Assembly (NCBI GenBank): GCA_902782535.1
Contig: CACZNM010000024.1
Span: forward strand, 1 to 33,574
Direction: 5' to 3'
Source: an uncultured Erysipelotrichaceae bacterium
GTDB lineage: Bacteria > Bacillota_I > Bacilli_A > RF39 > UBA660
Length of the DNA stretch: 33,574 bases
This document shows positions 1-8,877 of this stretch, one piece after another; position 1 is the stretch's first letter, and each line of letters opens with the position of its first letter. The notes below the pieces were generated by a model. The model was not told the origin of the DNA. It did not search any database and saw only the letters and a program-made list of their open reading frames with translations. The translations under genes were made by a program, and so were the position numbers.

Positions 1-5
1 AAAAT

Positions 6-1361
6 ATGAATGATACAATATGTGCGATAAGTACTTCTTTAAGTGTTGGTGCAATATCAATAGTAAGAGTAAGTGGAAATGATGCTATAAGTATAGTTAA
101 TAACATATTTAAAGGAAAAAATCTAGAAGAATGTCCATCACATACTATTCATTATGGTTTTATTGTTGATAATAACGATAAAATAGATGAAGTATTAGTA
201 AGTGTTATGAAAGCACCAAAAACATTTACTAAAGAAGATGTTGTTGAAATTAACTGTCATGGTGGTATTGCAACAACAAATAAAGTATTGGAATTACTAT
301 TACTTAATGGGGCAAGACTTGCCGAACCAGGAGAATTTACTAAAAGAGCTTTTTTAAATGGCCGAATTAATTTAATGGAAGCCGAAGCAGTCATGGACTT
401 AATTAATGGCAAAACAGAGGAAGCAAGACGTATTGCTATGAATAATTTACAAGGAATGGGAAGTAATCTTATTTCTAGATTAAGAGAAGACTTAATTAAT
501 ATTATCAGTAATATAGAGGTAAATATTGATTATCCAGAATATAATGATATCTATGAAGTAACGAAAAATGATATCAATAATAAATTATCCTTTTTTAAAA
601 AAAGTTTAGAAAAAATAATTAATGAATACGAGAATGGTAAAATATTAACTGATGGTATTAAAACAGTTATTGTAGGACGCCCTAATGTTGGTAAAAGTAG
701 TATATTAAATAAACTATTAAATGACGATAAAGCTATTGTAACCGATATTCCCGGAACAACAAGAGATATTGTTGAAGGAGAAATATCTTTTAATGGTATC
801 TTACTTAATATCATCGATACCGCAGGTATAAGAGAAACAAATGATACAGTGGAAAAAATAGGTGTAGAAAAAAGTCTTTCTAAAATGGATGAAGCAGATT
901 TAGTTCTAATTATTCTAAATAATAATGAAGAATTAAATGACATAGATTTAGAAATTTTAGATAAAACAAAAGATAAAACAAATATTGTTGTAATAAATAA
1001 AAATGATTTAGATAGTAAAATTGATATTAGTAAATTATCTAATCGAAATATTGTTTATACTAATACTAAAGATTTATTAGGTATTGAAACCCTTAAGGAT
1101 AAAATAGTAGAACTATTCAATCTAGAAGAAATTAAAAAAAGTGATTATAATTACATCACTAGTAGAAGAGGTATAGCCAAAGTTAAAGAATGTCTTATAA
1201 GATTAAAAGATATTGAGAAAGCTCTAAATAATGAAATACCTCTAGATATCATTGAAATAGATTTACGTGATATATGGAATATTTTAGGAGAAATTATTGG
1301 TGAAAGTTATACAGAAGAGCTTCTAGACGAATTATTTAGTAAATTTTGTATTGGAAAGTAA
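6..1361 (+). CDS. mnmE: tRNA modification GTPase MnmE (TrmE)
   Basis: 451-aa ORF with G1 GRPNVGKSS, G3 DTAGIRET, G4 NKND and the family-typical C-terminal CIGK. Confidence 0.95.
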   Translation: MNDTICAISTSLSVGAISIVRVSGNDAISIVNNIFKGKNLEECPSHTIHYGFIVDNNDKIDEVLVSVMKAPKTFTKEDVVEINCHGGIATTNKVLELLLLNGARLAEPGEFTKRAFLNGRINLMEAEAVMDLINGKTEEARRIAMNNLQGMGSNLISRLREDLINIISNIEVNIDYPEYNDIYEVTKNDINNKLSFFKKSLEKIINEYENGKILTDGIKTVIVGRPNVGKSSILNKLLNDDKAIVTDIPGTTRDIVEGEISFNGILLNIIDTAGIRETNDTVEKIGVEKSLSKMDEADLVLIILNNNEELNDIDLEILDKTKDKTNIVVINKNDLDSKIDISKLSNRNIVYTNTKDLLGIETLKDKIVELFNLEEIKKSDYNYITSRRGIAKVKECLIRLKDIEKALNNEIPLDIIEIDLRDIWNILGEIIGESYTEELLDELFSKFCIGK

Positions 1362-1375
1362 AAAAAAAGAATTTG

Positions 1376-1609
1376 TTATTCAAATCCTCCTTGACTAACA
1401 AATTTTTTTTCAAATAAAGGTAAAACTTTATCTAAGAAGAAATCATCATCAATTGTATATAATTTATTATCTTCTAACTCAACAAAGGTTACATCACTTT
1501 CATCAGCATCATTTACAAGATAAAGATATACACGATGATTATAAGTAACATCTTCGATTACTAGATATTTTTTATTATTTAAAACTAAAACCATTTCGTT
1601 TAAATCCAT
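1376..1609 (-). CDS. small acidic protein, possibly DUF1292-like
   Basis: 77-aa D/E-rich ORF. RBS AAGGAGGAAATAAC-ATG fills the 14-nt gap after the upstream 324-aa gene, suggesting translational coupling. The family resemblance is from memory only. Confidence 0.6.
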   Translation of the reverse strand: MDLNEMVLVLNNKKYLVIEDVTYNHRVYLYLVNDADESDVTFVELEDNKLYTIDDDFFLDKVLPLFEKKFVSQGGFE

Positions 1610-1623
1610 GTTATTTCCTCCTT

Positions 1624-2598
1624 TTACTTTCTCTTTGCAGCTTCCGTTGTAGCATAATCTTGAGCAACATTTACCAAATCAAGATTTCCAAGATATGTTT
1701 CATGCGCTAAAGAATGCGCTATATCTTTATCTGGTGACCAATTCTTGGAATCCCGTAATGCACGCTCCTCACTCTCTGTATGTGAATCATAAGCGGCTCT
1801 TAACACGTCATCGAACTCACCTTTATATTCTACATTCAGTCTTTCACGCATTTTTTTTATAAGTGAATATGCTTTAGAATGTTTCATAGCAGAAATGATA
1901 GTAGAAAGTAAAGCGGTTACTGCTGTAGAGGAAAACATTTGCATAAGAAACATCTTATTATTTCCATTGAGAGCAATTTCATGTCCAATAGCAACAACGA
2001 AACCAGCAAGTAAACCATATCCAACACCATGACCTAATGATTCAAAAAGTTTTGATCGAAAATTGCTTAATTCTTTTTTAATATAATCTCTTCTATTTTT
2101 TTGATCTAAACTCATAAACTCAACATATTTTATTTCACCAACTAATGTTCGTGTTTCTTTTTCATGAGCCCAATCTGAACTAAGCTCTGACGCTTTATGT
2201 TGTCTGTTTGTAGCAGTTTCTATTAATGATTTATTAAAATCTTCTCTACCTTCAGAAATAAATTCTTGTCTTATTTCTTCTTCTGTCATAGCTAGATATT
2301 TTTTTCTTTGTGCAAGAATGTCTTGATATTTTTTTGCATACCTTGCCTTTATACTATCAATCGCTTTTTGCTTTTCTTCTTCAGAAATATAAGATTTATC
2401 AGCGTCCTTTCTATATAACTCAATGCCTTTATTTATTTTATCTTGCCATATTTCTGCAAACTGTTCATCAGTAAGGCCTATACCATACGTTGTTTTAATA
2501 TCATCAACTATACCATCAATAATCTCTTGATTACTACGTCTTGCATCTTCAAGTCGACTTTTGATTTCTCCTAATTTTTCATTTTCACTATTTTTCAT
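1624..2598 (-). CDS. hypothetical membrane protein: helical N-terminal domain plus central glycine-zipper TM hairpin
   Basis: 324-aa ORF with RBS GAAGGGTGATGAA-ATG. Charged, helix-like N-terminal ~185 aa. Hydrophobic segments SLGHGVGYGLLAGFVVAIGHEIA (contains GxxxGxxxG) and MFLMQMFSSTAVTALLSTIISAM lie at nt 1888-2040. No family recognised. Confidence 0.75.
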   Translation of the reverse strand: MKNSENEKLGEIKSRLEDARRSNQEIIDGIVDDIKTTYGIGLTDEQFAEIWQDKINKGIELYRKDADKSYISEEEKQKAIDSIKARYAKKYQDILAQRKKYLAMTEEEIRQEFISEGREDFNKSLIETATNRQHKASELSSDWAHEKETRTLVGEIKYVEFMSLDQKNRRDYIKKELSNFRSKLFESLGHGVGYGLLAGFVVAIGHEIALNGNNKMFLMQMFSSTAVTALLSTIISAMKHSKAYSLIKKMRERLNVEYKGEFDDVLRAAYDSHTESEERALRDSKNWSPDKDIAHSLAHETYLGNLDLVNVAQDYATTEAAKRK

Positions 2599-2620
2599 TT
2601 CATCACCCTTCTACAATAGA

Positions 2621-2649
2621 AATATATCATTATTTATTTTTTTTGTCAA
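2621..2649 (-). promoter_or_regulatory. sigma-A-type promoter for the 324-aa/77-aa gene pair
   Basis: Minus strand reads TTGACA (2644-2649), a 17-nt spacer, then TGaTATATT with the -10 at 2621-2626, about 22 nt upstream of the ATG. Confidence 0.5.
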
Positions 2650-2666
2650 TTTAATTACAAAATAAA

Positions 2667-2807
2667 TTAAACTTTACTACTTTGATATTTTTGTGTTACA
2701 AAATACCCTATGATAGCAAAAAGCAAAAATAATATTACTAAAGCATAAACAAAGTAAGCAAATCCAGATATAGTATCACGAAAAAATCTTACAATGAATT
2801 CTATCAT
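2667..2807 (-). CDS. possible 46-aa single-TM micro-protein (not in the ORF track)
   Basis: Hand translation gives MIEFIVRFFRDTISGFAYFVYALVILFLLFAIIGYFVTQKYQSSKV. The ATG lies 7 nt after the gap stop and there is one hydrophobic helix. An open 47-codon frame in very AT-rich DNA is mildly supportive. The RBS (AGTAGGT) is weak. Confidence 0.3.
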   Translation of the reverse strand: MIEFIVRFFRDTISGFAYFVYALVILFLLFAIIGYFVTQKYQSSKV

Positions 2808-2814
2808 ATTATAC

Positions 2815-3828
2815 CTACTTACTCATTAAATATTTAGCTGTTCTAACCATTTGAGCACTATAACCCATCTCATTATCGTACCATGCAACAACTTTTAATA
2901 ACTGTTTACCATCAACATCTAAAACATTGGTTAATAGTCCATCTACAACTGCTCCATACATCGAACCAATTACATCACTTGATACAATCGGATCTTCCGT
3001 ATACATTATTGTTTCACTTTGATTCTTTTTAAATAATTCATTAACTTCTTCCTTAGTTGTATTACGTTTTAATTCAAGTACTAAATCTATTACTGAACCT
3101 GTTGGTACAGGAACACGCATAGCCGTTCCATCAAGTTTTCCTTTAAGTTCAGGAATAACGGCACCTATAGCAGAAGCTGCACCAGTTGAAGCTGGAACAA
3201 TATTAGCAGCACAAGCACGACCACGACGAGAATACATTCCTTTTTTATGCGCTACATCTAGTGTTGCCTGATCATTCGTATAAGCATGAACTGTTGTCAT
3301 AAAGCCTTTTTCAATACCAATATTCTTATGAATAATATTAAGTACTGGTGCTAAACAATTGGTTGTACAAGAAGCTGCAGATATTACATCCTCACTTCCG
3401 TCTAGAATGTCATGATTAACATTATAAACAATTGTTTTTAATTCTCCTTTAGCTGGTGCAGATATTATAACTTTTTTAGCACCTGCTTCAATATGGGCAT
3501 GGGCTTTATCATAATCAGTAAATAAGCCTGTACATTCCATAACAACATCAATTCCTAATTCTTTCCATGGTAAATCATGAGGATCTTTTTCACTATATAC
3601 CCTTATTTTTTTACCACGAACAATAATATTCTTATCATCATGTTTAATGCTATCTATTTCGTAATTACGATGATTTGTATCGTACTTTAATAAATAAGCA
3701 AGTTGCTCTGCATCGCACAAGTCATTAACTGCTACAACCTCCAATTTAGGATCTTCGTTCATTAAACGAAAAACTAACCTTCCTATTCTTCCAAAACCAT
3801 TAATCGCTACTTTCATATTATTATACAT
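2815..3828 (-). CDS. gap: glyceraldehyde-3-phosphate dehydrogenase (type I)
   Basis: NAD-binding INGFGRIGR and catalytic-Cys motif SCTTNCLAP. The true start may be the fifth codon (MKVAINGFG, nt 3816). Confidence 0.95.
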   Translation of the reverse strand: MYNNMKVAINGFGRIGRLVFRLMNEDPKLEVVAVNDLCDAEQLAYLLKYDTNHRNYEIDSIKHDDKNIIVRGKKIRVYSEKDPHDLPWKELGIDVVMECTGLFTDYDKAHAHIEAGAKKVIISAPAKGELKTIVYNVNHDILDGSEDVISAASCTTNCLAPVLNIIHKNIGIEKGFMTTVHAYTNDQATLDVAHKKGMYSRRGRACAANIVPASTGAASAIGAVIPELKGKLDGTAMRVPVPTGSVIDLVLELKRNTTKEEVNELFKKNQSETIMYTEDPIVSSDVIGSMYGAVVDGLLTNVLDVDGKQLLKVVAWYDNEMGYSAQMVRTAKYLMSK

Positions 3829-3861
3829 TCCTTTCTTTTTTTATCATATTTTTTCATTATT

Positions 3862-5520
3862 TTAAATATTATAGCATCCACCACCAATAAATTCACGTAA
3901 TATTGAATCAGCTGGAATCGCTTCACTAGGTATTGGTAGGAAAACATCCAATACTTTCATTAATCTAACTGCTTCCGAATAATTAGGGTCATCTGGTTTA
4001 ACTGAATACAACAGTGGCATTACATATGTCTTTAATATGCAATATTCATAAATTAATGCAGTATCAAAAACATAATCTGCTTCATCTTGGTATGGAAAAA
4101 TATACTTCTCTTCCCCCTCTCTTACATCCTTCCATATTTTTAATGTATCAGAAACTGTATAACCACGTGTTCTATTATCTCTAATCATTCTTCTTAATAA
4201 TCGATTATCTGTTAAATATATACGATTATCTCTATCAATATTAACCGCAGTTAATGGTGACAAATAAATCTTATATTTTAATTTTCTATCTACTTCCGCC
4301 AATAATTTTGGATTCAATGCATGTATACCTTCAATAAGTAAAATATCTGTCGGCGCTAGAGTCATTTCTGTTTTAAATTTTTTCTCACCACTATAGAAAT
4401 CAAATGTTGGCATTTTTACCGTTTTACCGTCTAATAAATCTTTAATTGTCTTATTAAATAATTTTAAATCAATAGCTTCTAAACATTCAAAATCATATTC
4501 ACCATTTGCTTTTCTTGGCGTATCAACTCTTTCTTTAAAGAAATTATCCATTGATATCATTTTAGGTGTTAAACCAAAACTATGTAAATATACCGCTAGT
4601 TTAGCACAAGACGTTGTTTTTCCACTACTTGAAGGTCCCGCAATTAAAACAACTCTTATTTTATTATTTGTTTTTCTTATCATTTTTACTTGATCAAGAA
4701 TTCGATTATTCATTAATGTTTCACTTATTCTTATTAAATGGTCCATATAACCCATAGATACTACTTTATTTAAATCACTTGAATTTTCTACATGAATCAA
4801 TTTACCCCATTCCTTGGCTTCTTTAAAGACTTCAAATAATTTTTCATGATGTACATAATCATCCATTTTTCCAGAATAAATAATTGGAAATTGCAAGATA
4901 AATTCTTTTTCATCTAAATATGTAAGTTTAAATTCTTCTAAGCATGACGTTTCACTTGGCATTTTACTAAATATATAGTCATACATATTGCCTATTTTAT
5001 ATAGATGAACATATGTACTTGTCATATATTCTAAAAGATGAACTTTTGACATATCATTATTTTTTCTAAAATACTCAACTGCTTCATTTTTTAATACCGT
5101 AATTTTTGTTATTGGTAAATTAGCTTCAATAACTGCTTCCATCTTCTTAGCAATTGTATTTAATTCTTCTTTAGTAATATTTTTTTCTGTTTCAATACAT
5201 ACTGATTTATCAACTGAATGTTTTACGGTTATCTTATTCTTATTACCATATACTTCATTAAAAGCATAATTTAAAAGCAAAATAAGGCCATTAACATATA
5301 TTCTATTAGCCATTGGACTAGTAACATCCAAAAACTCAATATTATCACCGTCATTTGGAACATGACTTAATTCACAAACTATATCATTTACTAAAGCAAC
5401 TACTGGCAACCTTCCTTTATTTTTTATCATTTTAGATATTTCTAAAAGAGGAGTTCCTTTACTTACTTCTCTTTTTACACCATCAATATTTAGAATTATA
5501 TTCTCTACTAACATACGCAT
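3862..5520 (-). CDS. udk: uridine/nucleoside kinase fused to an N-terminal ThrRS-like TGS region
   Basis: 552 aa. P-loop LIAGPSSSGKTT followed by a PRK/uridine-kinase-like C-terminal half. The N-terminus (ILNIDGVKREVSKGTPLLEIS...VALVNDIVCEL) looks TGS-like. Confidence 0.8.
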   Translation of the reverse strand: MRMLVENIILNIDGVKREVSKGTPLLEISKMIKNKGRLPVVALVNDIVCELSHVPNDGDNIEFLDVTSPMANRIYVNGLILLLNYAFNEVYGNKNKITVKHSVDKSVCIETEKNITKEELNTIAKKMEAVIEANLPITKITVLKNEAVEYFRKNNDMSKVHLLEYMTSTYVHLYKIGNMYDYIFSKMPSETSCLEEFKLTYLDEKEFILQFPIIYSGKMDDYVHHEKLFEVFKEAKEWGKLIHVENSSDLNKVVSMGYMDHLIRISETLMNNRILDQVKMIRKTNNKIRVVLIAGPSSSGKTTSCAKLAVYLHSFGLTPKMISMDNFFKERVDTPRKANGEYDFECLEAIDLKLFNKTIKDLLDGKTVKMPTFDFYSGEKKFKTEMTLAPTDILLIEGIHALNPKLLAEVDRKLKYKIYLSPLTAVNIDRDNRIYLTDNRLLRRMIRDNRTRGYTVSDTLKIWKDVREGEEKYIFPYQDEADYVFDTALIYEYCILKTYVMPLLYSVKPDDPNYSEAVRLMKVLDVFLPIPSEAIPADSILREFIGGGCYNI

Positions 5521-5622
5521 CTTCCTTTTCTATTCTTTATTTAAGTATATCATAGTTTTTTATATTTTAAAACAAATATACATAAAAAAATTCTATTTAC
5601 ATATTTTATTAAAGGTGATTAT

Positions 5623-6192
5623 ATGCATTTAATACCTATTATTATTGATAAAGAAAATAATGGTGAACGTAGTTATGATATTTATTCAAGACTCCTAAAG
5701 GATCGTATTATCTTTTTAACAGGTGAAATTGATGATAATAACGCCAATACTATTGTTAGTGAACTCTTATATTTAGATTCCATTAATCACGATGATATTT
5801 CTCTATATATTAATAGTCCTGGCGGAAGTATAACAAGTGGAATGGCCATTATGGATACCATGAATTATATTAAAAGCAATGTTTCAACAATATGTATTGG
5901 TATGGCTGCAAGTATGGGAGCTTTTCTTTTATCATGTGGACAAAAAGGTAAAAGATTTATCCTTCCAAATGCTGAAGTTATGATTCACCAACCACTAGGT
6001 GGTGCAACAGGACAAGCTACAGAAATTAAAATAGCAGCAGAAAGAATTTTAAAATTAAAAGATCAATTAAATAAAATATTATCCTTTAATACCAATCAAA
6101 ATATAGAAAAGATTAAAAATGATACAGAAAGAGACTATTATCTTAATGCTAAAGAAGCTCTAAATTATGGTATCGTTGATAAAATATTATAA
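5623..6192 (+). CDS. clpP: ATP-dependent Clp protease proteolytic subunit
   Basis: 189 aa with catalytic-Ser context [11 protein letters not shown] and His context [19 protein letters not shown]. Confidence 0.95.
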   Translation: MHLIPIIIDKENNGERSYDIYSRLLKDRIIFLTGEIDDNNANTIVSELLYLDSINHDDISLYINSPGGSITSGMAIMDTMNYIKSNVSTICIGMAASMGAFLLSCGQKGKRFILPNAEVMIHQPLGGATGQATEIKIAAERILKLKDQLNKILSFNTNQNIEKIKNDTERDYYLNAKEALNYGIVDKIL

Positions 6193-6198
6193 AAAAAA

Positions 6199-6215
6199 AG
6201 ATAAAATATTTATCT
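6199..6215. terminator. hairpin between convergent clpP and the 80-aa gene (bidirectional terminator candidate)
   Basis: AGATAAA-ata-TTTATCT. It is flanked by an A-run on the plus side (a T-run for the minus-strand transcript) and by TCTTCTTC downstream on plus. Confidence 0.45.
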
Positions 6216-6452
6216 TCTTCTATTTAGTGATTCATCATCTAATAAACCATCTAATTCTAAAACATTTCCCCTAAGAGTCTCTTTCTCTTTATTTTCATAA
6301 GCAGCTACATATTCCTTTGAAGTCTTAGAAACATAAATTGCAACCGCTTGTTCCATAGTACGAAGAACATTTGGATCAAAATTTCTACTTAAACTGGGGT
6401 TACCTAAAATTGTTAAATAATTATTCATTCTTACATCAAGATTCTCTTGCAT
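6210..6452 (-). CDS. hypothetical 80-aa protein
   Basis: The track ORF is trimmed to the ATG at 6452 (MQENLDV...), which has AAGGAGG 8 nt upstream. No family recognised. Confidence 0.6.
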   Translation of the reverse strand: MQENLDVRMNNYLTILGNPSLSRNFDPNVLRTMEQAVAIYVSKTSKEYVAAYENKEKETLRGNVLELDGLLDDESLNRRR

Positions 6453-6521
6453 AATTATATCCTCCTTCATTATAGCCAATATATCATATTTACCAAACAT
6501 TGTAAATATATTTACATCTAT

Positions 6522-7055
6522 CTATTTATTAATTATTTCCATATAAATTAAATCAATGTATTTCCCATCACAATATATAGATTCTTGGCGTCTTCCAAAT
6601 TCTCTAAATCCACATTTAGTGTAACAATTAATTGCACGTTGATTATCAGAAAGTACAGTTAACATAACACTATGCAATCTTAATTGATTAAAACCAAAAT
6701 CAAGCAATAGTTTAATCGCTTCACTACCATAACCTTTACTTAAATTATCCTCTTCACCAATAAAGATTCCTAATTCAGCACAACCATTTTTATAATCAAT
6801 TTTATCAAAAGCAATTGAACCTACTAACTCATCATTAGATAGATTTACTATTGCAAAATGTGCATCTTCTTTAGAAGCTTTTTCTAAATATTCTCTTTCT
6901 CCAAAAAGCGATACCATTTGATTATGAACGGATAAAAATCTTGTAATATTTGCATTATTTAACCATTTGGTATATTTTTCGCTATCATTGGGATTAATTG
7001 GTGATAAATATATTGATTCTCCTACTATTTTTTTAAAATATTTCTTTTTTTTCAC
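6522..7055 (-). CDS. GNAT family N-acetyltransferase (RimJ/RimL-like)
   Basis: 177 aa. Acetyl-CoA motif region LSKGYGSEAIKLLLDFGF and N-terminal GESIYLSPINPND typical of RimJ/L-type GNATs. Apparent GTG start overlaps the whiA 3' end by 23 nt. Confidence 0.8.
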   Translation of the reverse strand: MKKKKYFKKIVGESIYLSPINPNDSEKYTKWLNNANITRFLSVHNQMVSLFGEREYLEKASKEDAHFAIVNLSNDELVGSIAFDKIDYKNGCAELGIFIGEEDNLSKGYGSEAIKLLLDFGFNQLRLHSVMLTVLSDNQRAINCYTKCGFREFGRRQESIYCDGKYIDLIYMEIINK

Positions 7056-7980
7056 TCTCTTTTAATCTTTTAGCTATTTCTCTTATTTTTCGAAAACGAT
7101 GATTAAGACCTGATTTGGTAATTGATTTTCCAATTTCCATGGTCATTATTTCACTTAACTCTTGCAAAGAAGTTTCTGGATATCGAAGCCTGTATACACA
7201 AGCTTCTTTTGTTTTTTCATCTAGAAATTCTTCACCTAATTTGTCATAAATTAAATTTATTTCTTCAATTTGCTTATTACAAGTATTAATTGTTTTTTCA
7301 ATATTGGCTTGTTCCATGTTATTAAGCCGATTAGTCATATTTTTATGATCACGATATATTCTGATATCTTCAAAGTACATTACAGCACTAGAAGCTCCTA
7401 TTATTCTTAAAAAATCCCCTATTTTCTCGGCTTCTTTAATATATACCATATATTTCTTATCTTTTAAAATAACCTTACTATTTAAATAATATTCATTCAA
7501 TAAATCGTTAACAAAATTAGCTTCATTTTTTTTATCAATAAAGAATTCTAAATGATATCTACTTGTTTTAGGATCATTAACACTTCCACAAGAAAGAAAA
7601 ATCCCCTTTAAATACGCTCTTCTTTCTTCTTCTGAATCAATTAAATAATCTTCAACCTGTGATAGATAATTACCGTTATCATCAATGACTAATAAATCTT
7701 TTAAAATAAATTTAGTATCGCCTTCTGCTTTAATGACATATAATCGATTACGATTAAAAGTATTTTCTAAATCCCCTATTGTTACCATAATATTATAAAT
7801 ATCAGAAAGTAGAAGATAGACTCTTTTAGCAACTTTAGAATTTTCTGTTGTAACTGTTATTGTATACTCATCATATTTAGCATTATTACGAATTATAGCC
7901 GAAAGCATAGCGATATTTTCATTTCTTTCTCCATCATAGCTTGCTACTTCATTTTTTACATTACTTGTAAATGATATCAT
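7033..7980 (-). CDS. whiA: DNA-binding protein WhiA
   Basis: 315 aa. LAGLIDADG-like core (YLKGIFLSCGSVNDP) and C-terminal HTH (ITKSGLNHRFRKIREIA). Confidence 0.9.
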   Translation of the reverse strand: MISFTSNVKNEVASYDGERNENIAMLSAIIRNNAKYDEYTITVTTENSKVAKRVYLLLSDIYNIMVTIGDLENTFNRNRLYVIKAEGDTKFILKDLLVIDDNGNYLSQVEDYLIDSEEERRAYLKGIFLSCGSVNDPKTSRYHLEFFIDKKNEANFVNDLLNEYYLNSKVILKDKKYMVYIKEAEKIGDFLRIIGASSAVMYFEDIRIYRDHKNMTNRLNNMEQANIEKTINTCNKQIEEINLIYDKLGEEFLDEKTKEACVYRLRYPETSLQELSEIMTMEIGKSITKSGLNHRFRKIREIAKRLKESEKKEIF

Positions 7981-7982
7981 AA

Positions 7983-8762
7983 TTAAACCTCATTATACAT
8001 ATTTCTATTTCGACTTGTAATAATCAAAATAATACCTATAATAATCATTGGTATTCCTATTAATTGTGCCATTTTAATACTACCTACCATCAAACTATCT
8101 GTACGCAAACTTTCAATAAAGAATCTTACTATACCATACCAAATTAAATATATACCCGTAATAACACCAAATTTAATTTTCCTATTACGTCTTAAAATTA
8201 TTAAAGTAATAAAGCATATTAAATTTAACAATGATTCATAAAGAAAGGTTGGATGATAATATACACCACTAATATTCATACCCTCAATAATAAAGTTTGG
8301 TAAATGTAATTTTTCTAAAAAAGTTCTTGTAACTATTCCACCATGAGCCTCACTATTAAAGAAATTCCCCCATCTACCAATTATTTGACCAATTAATAAA
8401 GCTGGGGCACAAATATCTAATATTTCAATAAATTGCCATTTATTTTTTTTGCAATAAATTAGTATCGCTAATACCGCCCCAATAATTCCACCATGAATAG
8501 CAAGACCACCATTCCATACTTCAAGTATTTCAATAGGATCTTGTAAATAATAATCTAAATTAAATAAGACATAATAAATTCTTGCACCTAAGAAACCACA
8601 TAGTATTGCTAAAAAAGCCATATTTTCAAACTTTGTAGTATCCATTTTTTTACGTTTTATTTCAATATAGGCAACAATAATTCCTAATAAAACACCTAAA
8701 AACATTGTAATAGAATACCAATATATTTTAATAAATCCTAATTCAAATGCTACTCTATTCAT
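7983..8762 (-). CDS. lgt: prolipoprotein diacylglyceryl transferase
   Basis: 259-aa polytopic membrane protein with GGLAIHGGIIGAVL and GRWGNFFNSEAHG motifs. RBS AAGGAGG. Confidence 0.9.
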   Translation of the reverse strand: MNRVAFELGFIKIYWYSITMFLGVLLGIIVAYIEIKRKKMDTTKFENMAFLAILCGFLGARIYYVLFNLDYYLQDPIEILEVWNGGLAIHGGIIGAVLAILIYCKKNKWQFIEILDICAPALLIGQIIGRWGNFFNSEAHGGIVTRTFLEKLHLPNFIIEGMNISGVYYHPTFLYESLLNLICFITLIILRRNRKIKFGVITGIYLIWYGIVRFFIESLRTDSLMVGSIKMAQLIGIPMIIIGIILIITSRNRNMYNEV

Positions 8763-8794
8763 AGTTCCTCCTTGTCATTAGTATATATTTTTTA

Positions 8795-8838
8795 TTAAAA
8801 AAATACAATAAAAAAGTGTATTTTAATTATACACTTTT
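8795..8838 (-). terminator. rho-independent terminator after lysS
   Basis: On the minus strand, AAAAGTGTA-9 nt-TACACTTTT (8812-8838) is followed by TTATTGTATTTTTTT. Confidence 0.6.
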
Positions 8839-8877
8839 CTTATTATTATAATAATACATTACTAATTATATATAAAG

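Noticed and set aside
551-943. 130-aa minus-strand ORF inside mnmE
   Set aside because: It is antisense to a confidently identified gene. The product is low-complexity and S/I/L/F-rich, as expected from reading AT-rich coding DNA backwards, and there is no RBS.
5521-5622. CtsR operator (tandem GGTCAAA heptads) or a clear promoter in the udk-clpP divergent region
   Set aside because: No GGTCAAA-type repeat is present. Candidate -35/-10 hexamers are ambiguous in this nearly pure A/T stretch.
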